Of a stretch of DNA of 64,000 nt, positions 45,813-53,817 are shown one piece after another; positions within the stretch are counted from its first letter, which is position 1; each line of letters starts with the position of its first letter. Both the position numbers and the translations under genes were made by a program. The notes beneath the pieces were generated by a model that saw only the letters and a list, made by a program, of their open reading frames with translations, was not told where the DNA came from and searched no databases. Source of the stretch: an uncultured Bacteriovoracaceae bacterium (GTDB lineage: Bacteria; Bdellovibrionota; UBA1018); assembly GCA_964563795.1 (NCBI GenBank), contig CAZLYB010000004.1, positions 57,026-121,025 of the forward strand, read 5' to 3'.

Positions 45813-47234
45813 TTACCTCTTCAATTCCAGGATGGTTTTGAGCATTTCATCGGCCACTTGAATGACTTTCGCGGAAGCGTCGAAAGCGTGCTGGAACTGC
45901 ATCAAATTCGCCGTTTCCTCATCGATCGAGACTCCTGAGATCTGGTCGCGCATCTTGTTGAGCTGGGTCACGATGTCTCGCTGCTGATTGAGGCTGGATT
46001 TGGTCCGGGCCGAAGCCACGCCGATGTCGCTGACGATCGAATTGTACCAGTCATCGACCGTGACTTTTCCGCCATCCATCATGCGGATGTTCTGAATCCC
46101 CGCGATCGCAATCGCGACCCGGTTGTCGCCCGGCGAATCCGGCTCAGCGGCGGTCGCGATGTACCGCACGTTGGAGCGGACCGCTTCGGAGAGGCTGAGC
46201 GCCTCCGCGGCGCGCTCAGGGCCGGCCATGGGAGCGAAAAAATCGATGTTCGTCGCCCCATCCCGGGTAAAACCCGTGCGGTGAACCTGGTTCACAGAAG
46301 TTCCGATCGCGTAAGCCAAGTCATCGAGCCGGGTCAGGACGTTCGCGAGCGTCTTGTCGCGCACTTCGAGGAGGGCGCCGAGCTTTCCGCCCTTGAGCTG
46401 GTGCGTGACATCCGATCGAGCCGTCGCAGTCGTCTTCAAGGAGAGCGTATTCTCGCGCTTGCCCTGATCGTCGCTCTTGGTGCGCTCGACGGTGAACTTT
46501 TCGGCGATGGGGCCCGCCACGAAAGGGCCGACGCCGACGATATCCACGTGCAAGTTGCCGTTACCGTCCTGATGCGTGCTGATGTCCATGAACGACGCGA
46601 GCTTCTTGAGGGCCTGATCCCTCTTGTCCTTGAGGTCGTTTGCGGAACCGCCGGAAACCTCGGAGGAACGGATTTTCGCGTTCAGATCCTTGATCTCCTC
46701 ACCGAGCGAATTCACTTCGGTGACGTAACCCGCGAGCCGTGAATCCAAGTGATCCTGCGTCGCCATGGTCTGATTTCGCAGGCGCTTGAAGTCGTTCACC
46801 ATCGACTGCGAAGCTTCGCGCACGGACTCGCGGATCGCCTGGTTCTCGGGCTCGGAGGACAGCTTCCTGAACTCATTGAAGAACCGTGAGATCAATCGGC
46901 TCAACCCATCCCCGTTTGATTCGTTAAAAATATCTTGGGCCTGGTTGAGAGCCATGTCCTTCTCCTCGAAGTGGGAGAGCTCCTTGGCCCCGTTCCTGAC
47001 TTGGCGATCCAGGTACTCGTCATTGATGCGCTCCACGCGGGAGATTTGCGTCCCGGTGCCGATGATGTTCTTGCTGCCGGGACCCTGATCCGGAGTCGTC
47101 GTCTCGGTGAGCACGCGCTGCCTCGAGTAGCCCGGCGTGTTGGCGTTCGAGATATTGTGGCCCGTCGTCGCGATGGCGGCCTTGGAGGCCATCATCCCGG
47201 TGCGGCCGGTGTTGAAGACGCTTGGGATCCCCAT
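45813..47234 (-). CDS. flgK: Flagellar hook-associated protein 1 FlgK
   Basis: The N-terminus is MGIPSVFNTGRTGMMASKAAIATTGHNISNANTPGYSRQ; the C-terminal FlgK domain is present. Confidence 0.9.
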   Translation of the reverse strand: MGIPSVFNTGRTGMMASKAAIATTGHNISNANTPGYSRQRVLTETTTPDQGPGSKNIIGTGTQISRVERINDEYLDRQVRNGAKELSHFEEKDMALNQAQDIFNESNGDGLSRLISRFFNEFRKLSSEPENQAIRESVREASQSMVNDFKRLRNQTMATQDHLDSRLAGYVTEVNSLGEEIKDLNAKIRSSEVSGGSANDLKDKRDQALKKLASFMDISTHQDGNGNLHVDIVGVGPFVAGPIAEKFTVERTKSDDQGKRENTLSLKTTATARSDVTHQLKGGKLGALLEVRDKTLANVLTRLDDLAYAIGTSVNQVHRTGFTRDGATNIDFFAPMAGPERAAEALSLSEAVRSNVRYIATAAEPDSPGDNRVAIAIAGIQNIRMMDGGKVTVDDWYNSIVSDIGVASARTKSSLNQQRDIVTQLNKMRDQISGVSIDEETANLMQFQHAFDASAKVIQVADEMLKTILELKR

Positions 47235-47238
47235 CGCC

Positions 47239-47772
47239 CTAAGCCTCCCTCGAGACGAAACGGGGGCTGGTCGAGGAGCTCACTTTTTTTCCTTCGCTGG
47301 AGTAGTTTCGCGACGCGGGCTCGGATCCCCCGAGCAGGTTTCTCTTCATGCTCTGGATATGCTCGAGCGATTTTTCGACTAGAAGCTGATTAGAGGTGTT
47401 TTGCTGCGTGATCAGCGGAATGACCCGCATCAAGGTTTCAAACGAGGATTCAAGCGACTGCCTCACGGCTGAAATTCCTGGCATGCCCTCTTCGTTGATT
47501 TCGCGGATCGACTGGAGCAAGGAGGTCATGGAAAGGTCGGAGGGTTTTTTCCAGGAACGCGCAAGGCGCGCCATGCAGCTGACTCGCACGGCCTCGGTTC
47601 TCCGGATCCGATCGACGGTTTTCTGCTTTTGAGCGCTCGCTTCCTGTACTGAGGAAATATCGGCCTGAACCAAAGCCTCATTTTCAGAGCGAACGACGCC
47701 GAGAAGCTCGTGGTGAGCGCCCACGAGCTCGAGCAGAACGCTTGAAATTTCCTGGAGCGCAGCGTGTTCCAT
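47239..47772 (-). CDS. flgN: FlgN-like flagellar export chaperone
   Basis: The protein is small, helical and acidic, and sits between flgM and flgK, as FlgN does in other flagellar operons. Sequence similarity is weak. Confidence 0.55.
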   Translation of the reverse strand: MEHAALQEISSVLLELVGAHHELLGVVRSENEALVQADISSVQEASAQKQKTVDRIRRTEAVRVSCMARLARSWKKPSDLSMTSLLQSIREINEEGMPGISAVRQSLESSFETLMRVIPLITQQNTSNQLLVEKSLEHIQSMKRNLLGGSEPASRNYSSEGKKVSSSTSPRFVSREA

Positions 47773-47832
47773 ACGGACGTCCTGTCCTCACCGATTCACC
47801 CGGGAAAATCCTTTCCCCGAGTTCCTTTTAAC

Positions 47833-48159
47833 TCAGCCCATTCCCGACATCTTCAGATGATCATCGACGAGGCGATCCGCCACAGCGCCGTGATCCACTT
47901 GGTACTTGCCCTCGGCGATCCGTTGCTTCAACGACGCCACGCGATCTTCGCGGACATCGGGAGCTTCTTGAGCCAGGTTTTTAACTCGAGCGAAATCCCG
48001 GCTGCGGGAGGAGATCTCGGTTTTGACGTCGTCGTTCTGCGTTTGCTCCACGGCTTTCGCGCCGACGCTCGCCCTGTTTTTCTTGGGGGAATTGACTTCC
48101 GAAGTTCCGCGCGTCTGCGATTTCGAGACGGACGATGACTGAGTTGAATCCACCTTCAT
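47833..48159 (-). CDS. flgM: Anti-sigma-28 factor FlgM
   Basis: The N-terminus is Ser/Thr-rich and disordered. The C-terminal helices VASLKQRIAEGKYQVDHGAVADRLV carry the FlgM signature. Confidence 0.75.
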   Translation of the reverse strand: MKVDSTQSSSVSKSQTRGTSEVNSPKKNRASVGAKAVEQTQNDDVKTEISSRSRDFARVKNLAQEAPDVREDRVASLKQRIAEGKYQVDHGAVADRLVDDHLKMSGMG

Positions 48160-48506
48160 GGTTTTTTCTCTCCTTCAACCGGAGGCTTCAAGGCAATCCC
48201 TGTCCCAGCACTTCCAGCCTGAATTCCAGTGTAGCTCTCGCGCTGAAGATACGCAATGATTTGATCGGCTAGGCCCACCCCTCGGGAGCGAACCGCCTGC
48301 TCGGCGTACTCACTGTCAAGCATCCCCCGGTAGATTTCTGTCGCTGATGACTCCAAGTCCATGTCGTTCTTGGGGACAGTTTGCCTCATGACTTTCATCA
48401 AATAGTCCACAAACATGGTTTCCATTCCCTCTGCCGCCTTGCGCAACTGGGGATCCACCTCCCGCTGGGCGGGCGGGGAAGATAAACCCGGGGGGGCGAC
48501 TTTCAT
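48156..48506 (-). CDS. flgJ: Flagellar rod-assembly protein FlgJ, rod-binding domain only (no muramidase domain)
   Basis: The Rod_binding motif is AAEGMETMFVDYLMKVMRQT...LDSEYAEQAVRSRGVGLADQI. At 116 aa it is too short to carry a glucosaminidase domain. Confidence 0.75.
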   Translation of the reverse strand: MKVAPPGLSSPPAQREVDPQLRKAAEGMETMFVDYLMKVMRQTVPKNDMDLESSATEIYRGMLDSEYAEQAVRSRGVGLADQIIAYLQRESYTGIQAGSAGTGIALKPPVEGEKKP

Positions 48507-48787
48507 GTCGCTTCCCCCGAGTCAAACGGAGCTCGGTCCAGACCGCCTAGCCCGGCATCCTTGCCGCTCGAAGCATCTTTGAGATCGTGAATGCCTACCA
48601 TCCTAGCAGGGCATTGCGTCTGTCTTGTTTCCTGGGTGGAATGAGACCAGATGCGATCGCAGCCTTCCTGGCTTGCCAAGCTGGCCTGGCGAGCTCCGTC
48701 TTCTGGGGACTCCGGCACGTAAAGCAGAGGCCCCCAAAACCATTCTTCTTGCGTTTCACTCAAGATGAAATCTTGCCAAAGGATCAC
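48503..48787 (-). CDS. Hypothetical small protein (94 aa) wedged between flgI and flgJ
   Basis: Its GTG start overlaps the flgI stop (GTGA) and its stop overlaps the flgJ ATG (ATGA). It has a Trp-rich N-terminus (WQDFILSETQEEWFW). No homology was recognised. Confidence 0.4.
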   Translation of the reverse strand: MILWQDFILSETQEEWFWGPLLYVPESPEDGARQASLASQEGCDRIWSHSTQETRQTQCPARMVGIHDLKDASSGKDAGLGGLDRAPFDSGEAT

Positions 48788-49857
48788 AGAATCTCCAGTT
48801 CGGCCTGCAGGGCGCCGACTTGCTTCAAGGTTTGAAAAATCGCGGTCAGATCCTTGGGTTGAACTCCGAGCGCGTTCAGCGCCTTCACGAGGTCGGAGAC
48901 GTTGGAGCCTCCCTTGAAATCGGCCAGCCGCTCGGGCTTCGCCCCCTTCGCGGCGCCCTTCACCTCGATGGCGAGGTCGCCGTGGGCGATCGCGACGGGG
49001 CTCAGCTGGATATGCTCCCCCATCACGACGGTGCCCGTGCGCTCGTTCAAGACGACCTTCGCCTTGGAATCAATGTTCACCTGGACGTTCTCCAAAACCG
49101 CGAGGAGCTCCACCGAGTTGCCGTTGTAGTTGAACGGCACCACGACGTCGATCGTCGCGCTGTCGCGCGCGCTCGCGAATTTTCCGCCGAGCTCACCGTT
49201 GATGAGCGCGACCACGCGCGCTGCCGTGGTGAAATCCGGGTGATGCAGGGACAGCCTGAAGTTCTTTTTGCCCGCGAAGTTGATGTCGATGTCCTTCTCG
49301 ATAGTGGCCCCGTCCACGACCCGACCCACCGTAGGAAAGTTTTTCGAAGTCCCGTCCGCGATTCCGCCGATGCTCACGGAGCCCTGGGCCACCGCATAGA
49401 CATTTTGATCGCCCGCCCGCAACGGCGTCACCAGCAGCATCCCGCCTTCGAGGCTTGAAGCGTCCCCGATCGAGCTCACCGTCACGTCAATGGGATTCCC
49501 AACGCGCGCGAACGCGGGCAGTTTGGCCGTGACGATCACGGCGGCCGCGTTCTTGGATTTCACGGCGGCGTTGCCCTGGACATCGAGCCCCAGCTTGCCG
49601 AAGAGCCTCCCCAGGGATTGGCTCGTCACCTCGACGCTTGAATCGCCGGAGCCCCTCAGGCCCACAACGATCCCGTAGCCGATCAGGATGTTCTCGCGCA
49701 CGCCTTTGACAGTGGCGATGTCTTTAAGTCTCGCGGCGCCTTCGCTGGATCTCGGCCAGGACACGAGGATCGCCACGATCGCGAGGAAGATCGCCAGCCC
49801 GAACGCGAACGCCGGGATGCGCGAGGATTTATGACGAAGATTCGATGCGATATTCAT
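48784..49857 (-). CDS. flgI: Flagellar P-ring protein FlgI
   Basis: A signal peptide is followed by ARLKDIATVKGVRENILIGYGIVVGLRGSGD, the FlgI signature. The start was tentatively set at MNIASNL; the track ORF begins at 49893. Confidence 0.9.
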   Translation of the reverse strand: MNIASNLRHKSSRIPAFAFGLAIFLAIVAILVSWPRSSEGAARLKDIATVKGVRENILIGYGIVVGLRGSGDSSVEVTSQSLGRLFGKLGLDVQGNAAVKSKNAAAVIVTAKLPAFARVGNPIDVTVSSIGDASSLEGGMLLVTPLRAGDQNVYAVAQGSVSIGGIADGTSKNFPTVGRVVDGATIEKDIDINFAGKKNFRLSLHHPDFTTAARVVALINGELGGKFASARDSATIDVVVPFNYNGNSVELLAVLENVQVNIDSKAKVVLNERTGTVVMGEHIQLSPVAIAHGDLAIEVKGAAKGAKPERLADFKGGSNVSDLVKALNALGVQPKDLTAIFQTLKQVGALQAELEIL

Positions 49858-50761
49858 AAAGTTTCCCTGATAGGAGAGTGTCGTCATCTCCAATGTCTAT
49901 CCCTCGGGCGATGGCCTGAAATTGGATCATCCGCGCCGTCCCGTTTTTATATACAATCCGTTTAGTTCCCTTGAGCTTGTAATTCCCGTTCGGGTACCGC
50001 TCCAAGATCTCGGCCATGATTCCGTCGCCCGCCTTGAGCTCTAACGAGGGGAGGACGTCGATGTCGAGATCGGTGACTTCCGGGGCCTCCGGTTTCTTGG
50101 CTTTTTCCTTGGATCCCGCCGGGGATCTCGATGCGGCTGCCGGGTCTTCCTTAGGAGTCTTTCGCTCGCGGGCGAGCTTCAGCTCGAGCTCTTTTTCGTC
50201 CTCATTCAATGTCCGCTGGATTTCCATGCTGATGTCCTTGAGGACTGGCGCTTCCAAATTCACGGTGACGATATCGCCCACCGATCGAATCCGGTTCTTG
50301 GTGAAATAGTAATTTGTCTGCCCGTCGGACGCCCACAACGAGCCCTCATTCGGCGACTCATCCCTGAAGTCGGCCCGCGTCGCGCGCCTCTTTCTCAGAG
50401 CCATGGCCTTGGCTGCGACGGGGTTCTCCTCAGACTCCCCTTCGGAGACTCCCTGCCCACGGTAAAAATCGCGTTGATTGGACGCGGCGTCCTGACGCGA
50501 AATCCAGGAGGTCCCTGAGGCGCTGTCATTCGCGTAGCCCCGCTGGCCGTAATCCTGACTCGCGGGCGAGCGCTCCGAATGGCCCACGGAGCGATAGCGG
50601 TCATCCTCGGCCTCATCCGAGAGAAGCCCCTGTTCCGTCCACCTCCCCCCGATCGTCGGGCGGGTGGCGTCGTCATCGAAATCGCGACGCAAGTTCCCGA
50701 AGAACTTCGAGCAGCCCGTGCTCAGCACCGCGAGGATGAGCGCCGCGAAAATCGGCCTCAT
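49829..50761 (-). CDS. flgH: Flagellar L-ring lipoprotein FlgH
   Basis: The lipobox is MRPIFAALILAVLSTGCS. The conserved C-terminal region of FlgH is present (DIVTVNL...). Confidence 0.9.
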   Translation of the reverse strand: MRPIFAALILAVLSTGCSKFFGNLRRDFDDDATRPTIGGRWTEQGLLSDEAEDDRYRSVGHSERSPASQDYGQRGYANDSASGTSWISRQDAASNQRDFYRGQGVSEGESEENPVAAKAMALRKRRATRADFRDESPNEGSLWASDGQTNYYFTKNRIRSVGDIVTVNLEAPVLKDISMEIQRTLNEDEKELELKLARERKTPKEDPAAASRSPAGSKEKAKKPEAPEVTDLDIDVLPSLELKAGDGIMAEILERYPNGNYKLKGTKRIVYKNGTARMIQFQAIARGIDIGDDDTLLSGKLYEYRIESSS

Positions 50762-51465
50762 AAAAGAACCTCCACCGTCCTGGAATCCACGAGCTTCCCG
50801 ATCAATTCCCGCTTGCTCTTGGTGGTCAGCACACGCACTCTCCCCTGCAGCTCGGCCGGCTCTTGAGCGAGCCCCGAAGTCACGATCTTCAAATCCCCCG
50901 ATAAAATCTCGATGCGAACCGCTTCGCCGCTCCTCAAAGCGGGGATCCGCCTCATGGCGGTCGTTAAAAGAGGGGCGCCGTCGAGGATCGTTTGACGAGC
51001 CTCGAATCCCTCCACTGATTGGCGCTCCTTGAACAGGATGCCGCGGTATTCACGCCCCAAGCCCGATGCGATATTGAGTTCCCTGGCCTCAAACTGATCC
51101 GCGCTCAGGATTTGCCCCGGAAAAATCTTGGATTTCGCCGTGGGAATTTTGATCCACGCCTCAAAGCTCACCCAGCCTTGATGAATCACTCCCTCGCCCC
51201 CTTCCAGCGAAAATTCCGCGCGCCCGGAGGCGTCCTCCTGGATGAGCGAGGCTTTTTTCAATGAAACTGGGGCATCTTCGCCTGAAACACTCAGAGCAGG
51301 GATGAATGAGCGAAGAACGATGCGGGCGCCGGGATAGCGCTCTTGGATCGCTCTTTGAACCATCGCAGAAACCTTCCCATCGAGCGCGCTTCCCAAAGCG
51401 CTGAGCGGGATGAGCGAGAGGGAGATTAAATTCATGATAAAAAATATTTTTTTCATAATCATCAT
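50758..51465 (-). CDS. flgA: Flagellar P-ring chaperone FlgA (SAF domain)
   Basis: A signal peptide is followed by a C-terminal SAF/FlgA domain (ILSGDLKIVTSGLAQEPAELQGRVRVL). The start was set at MMIMKK, whose ATG overlaps the flgG stop (ATGA). Confidence 0.7.
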   Translation of the reverse strand: MMIMKKIFFIMNLISLSLIPLSALGSALDGKVSAMVQRAIQERYPGARIVLRSFIPALSVSGEDAPVSLKKASLIQEDASGRAEFSLEGGEGVIHQGWVSFEAWIKIPTAKSKIFPGQILSADQFEARELNIASGLGREYRGILFKERQSVEGFEARQTILDGAPLLTTAMRRIPALRSGEAVRIEILSGDLKIVTSGLAQEPAELQGRVRVLTTKSKRELIGKLVDSRTVEVLL

Positions 51466-52244
51466 TTCATCTGATTGGTGGATTCCCACATCTTGTCGGC
51501 GACGCCCATCATTCGCGTCCCCATTTCATAAGCGCGCTGAGTCGTGATCATCTCCACCATGCTGTTGGCGACGTTGACGTTGGATCCTTCGAGCGCTCCC
51601 TGCTGGATCTTCCCGGATCCCGACTCGCCAGGGGCCGTCGGGGTCGCCGCGCCGGAGGCGTCGGTCTTCTTGAGAATGTGCCCGCCGGCCGCGCTGAGGC
51701 CCGCTTCGTTGCCGATCATCACGAGCGTGATCTGACCGATCGTGTTTTGGCTCTGATCGGGCATCGTCACCTTGACTTCGCCCTCAGGCGAAATGACGAC
51801 GTTCACCGCATTGGGCGGAACCGTGATCTCTGGAATGATGCGGGCCCCGCTGGAGAGCTGCACTCTTCCTTGAGCGTCCGTGTGGAAGCTCCCATGGCGC
51901 GTGTAACCGATTTCGCCCGAGGGAAGCTGGACTTGAAAGAAGCCCCTGCCCTCGATCATGAGATCGTAAGGGTGGTACGTCGTCCTTGCGGGCCCCTGCT
52001 CGAAGACTTTGTGGGTGGCCCCCACCTTCACGCCCAGGCCGGTTTGGATTCCCACGGGGGATTTCGACGCAGCCCCCGTCGACCCTCCCGGCTCCTTGAT
52101 CGTCTGGTACATGAGATCCTGGAATTCCGTGCGGCTGCGCTTGTAGCCGTCAGTGTTGACGTTGGCCAGGTCGTTGGAGATGCGTTCGATGTTGGCTTGC
52201 TGCGCTTCAAGTCCCGTGGCCGCAGTCGTGAGGGTTTTGATCAT
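51462..52244 (-). CDS. flgG: Flagellar distal rod protein FlgG
   Basis: The N-terminus is MIKTLTTAATGLEAQQANIERISNDLANVNTDGYKRSR. The C-terminus is ...TTQRAYEMGTRMMGVADKM. Confidence 0.9.
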   Translation of the reverse strand: MIKTLTTAATGLEAQQANIERISNDLANVNTDGYKRSRTEFQDLMYQTIKEPGGSTGAASKSPVGIQTGLGVKVGATHKVFEQGPARTTYHPYDLMIEGRGFFQVQLPSGEIGYTRHGSFHTDAQGRVQLSSGARIIPEITVPPNAVNVVISPEGEVKVTMPDQSQNTIGQITLVMIGNEAGLSAAGGHILKKTDASGAATPTAPGESGSGKIQQGALEGSNVNVANSMVEMITTQRAYEMGTRMMGVADKMWESTNQMK

Positions 52245-52247
52245 AAA

Positions 52248-53102
52248 TTACAGTTTCCCGATATCGTTGGCTTCTTTGCCCATGAGCTCGCCGTGCGTTT
52301 TCATGGCTTTCAAGCTTTGTTCGAAAAGGCGGTTGGCCTGGATGAGCTTCGTCATCTCCTCGATGGGGTTGACGTTGGAACCCTCGAGCATTCCTTGGTG
52401 AACTTTAGTGGTCGCGGTGGCCGCGACGTTGGCCGCGTCCGTGTTCTCGAAAAGGCTGGTCCCGGATTTTCTCAGGCGGTTGAGATCCTTGAACTCGACA
52501 AGACTCAGACGGGACACGAGCTCATCGCCCGCGTAGATCTCGCCTTCTTCGGTGATGGAGAGCGCGCCTTCGCGGTCCTGGAGATTGATCTCGCGCGCTT
52601 TCACCGAGGCGGGCGCGCGAGCCGCTAAATCCTGCGCGGGCACCGCTTCTCCGGCGATCCCCTGGGCCTGGCCGGCGAGCACCGAGAATCCATCGCTCGT
52701 CACGAGGCGGCCGTCCTGCGCGATCTTGAGGCTCCCCATCCGCGTATATCGAATGCCCTGGGGCGTAGCGACTTCCATGAACCCTGGCCCCTCGAGCGCG
52801 AGATCCGTTTTTCCCTGCGTGACCCTGAGTCCACCCTGCTTGAACTGGGTGTACGTTCCGTCGACCACCACGTAGGCTTGGTCACGGCCATCGAGGGGGT
52901 AAAATTCCTTCTCTTTGATCGGGCCTCGGGGAATGTCGACGCTGGGTTTTTCGCGCTCAAGCGTGGCTAAGTATTCCCGGAACGCGGGCGCGTCCTTCTT
53001 GAATCCGAGCGTATCGACGTTGGCGAGGTTGTTGGCGATCGTATCGACGCTCAGTGATTGAGCCGCCGCGCCTGAAGCTGAAGTCCAAATTCCACTTGGC
53101 AC
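52248..53102 (-). CDS. flgF: Flagellar proximal rod protein FlgF
   Basis: SGIWTSASGAAAQSLSVDTIANNLANVDTLGFKKD aligns with FlgF N-termini. The start was refined to a GTG (MPSGIWTS...) preceded by a GGGGGA ribosome-binding site. The track ORF starts at a TTG at 53135. Confidence 0.8.
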   Translation of the reverse strand: MPSGIWTSASGAAAQSLSVDTIANNLANVDTLGFKKDAPAFREYLATLEREKPSVDIPRGPIKEKEFYPLDGRDQAYVVVDGTYTQFKQGGLRVTQGKTDLALEGPGFMEVATPQGIRYTRMGSLKIAQDGRLVTSDGFSVLAGQAQGIAGEAVPAQDLAARAPASVKAREINLQDREGALSITEEGEIYAGDELVSRLSLVEFKDLNRLRKSGTSLFENTDAANVAATATTKVHQGMLEGSNVNPIEEMTKLIQANRLFEQSLKAMKTHGELMGKEANDIGKL

Positions 53103-53127
53103 TATTCCCGGTCCCCCGGGGACAGAA

Positions 53128-53148
53128 GATAGCAATCGGCATGCCGCG
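53128..53148 (-). promoter_or_regulatory. Sigma54-like promoter upstream of flgF (GG-N10-GC: cGGCATgccgaTTGCT)
   Basis: The minus strand reads gcgcGGCATGCCGATTGCTatcttctgtcc. The GG and GC dinucleotides are separated by exactly 10 nt, with a TTGCT -12 element, about 30 nt upstream of the refined flgF start and its ribosome-binding site. This is inference from sequence only. Confidence 0.35.
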
Positions 53149-53335
53149 CCGTTTTCTTGAGGGAAAATAAATCCTATTTTAAATAAACATTAAATACGAG
53201 AGGTTAGTTCCCGCAAGGCGATTCCGGCATACCCGACTCCTGGCCTGGGCGTGCATTTTTTTCCCGGAGACGGGCAAATGCTGCCTAAAAAATGGCGCGC
53301 CGGCGCGGCTAGCCATCCTTAAAACTCCGTGCTAG

Positions 53336-53800
53336 GTGAGGGTCATGAACATGTCAAAATCAACGATTTTAGGGTTGGGGGTTTTCATCGCAATCGCGTT
53401 TTCATCGCAAGCTTTCGCTCAAGAATGGAAATACAAGGGGAAAGGCAGCGACTTCAAATCTTGCGCCGAGGATTTGATTCAGGTCATCTTCAAGCAGAAA
53501 TGGAATCAATTCGAGTCGAAGTCGGAACTCGTTTTTTTCGGAAACCTCGAAGAATCCAGGGCGCATCCCCCGATCATGCTTGAGTTCTCGGCTCAAGACG
53601 TTTATTGGCAAAGCAAGCTGGTTGGGGAGATTCAGGGGCGCATCTGGGTGGCTGTATCAGGATGTGAGGATCGCAAAGCCTGCATTTGCAAATTGGAGCA
53701 AGCCATGACCCCCTCCAAACAGTATCGCAATCTTTTTGAGATCTGGTCTCCGCGAAACCCGAATCAATACTTGATTCGGGTCCCCAAGGTTTCTTTATAA
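53336..53800 (+). CDS. Small secreted hypothetical protein (about 150 aa)
   Basis: It has a signal peptide (MSKSTILGLGVFIAIAFSSQAFA) and 4 Cys. No known domain was found. Confidence 0.45.
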   Translation: MRVMNMSKSTILGLGVFIAIAFSSQAFAQEWKYKGKGSDFKSCAEDLIQVIFKQKWNQFESKSELVFFGNLEESRAHPPIMLEFSAQDVYWQSKLVGEIQGRIWVAVSGCEDRKACICKLEQAMTPSKQYRNLFEIWSPRNPNQYLIRVPKVSL

Positions 53801-53817
53801 GTGAGCGTTACCCCTTG

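Noticed and set aside
47773-47832. Sigma28-like TAAA...GCCGATAA search and the GGGAAA-ggat-TTTCCC hairpin in the flgM-flgN intergenic region; also the TAAAGG...GCCCGAAT element upstream of csrA
   Set aside because: The spacer lengths (23 nt or more) and the -10 elements do not fit the sigma28 consensus. The hairpin lacks a U-tract. No confident call was made.
53226-53245. Sigma54-like TGGCCTgggcgTGCAT on the plus strand, upstream of the small secreted gene at 53336
   Set aside because: The GG to GC spacing is 9 nt, not 10, and the -12 element is GTGCA. The minus-strand site at 53128..53148 fits much better and has a flagellar target.
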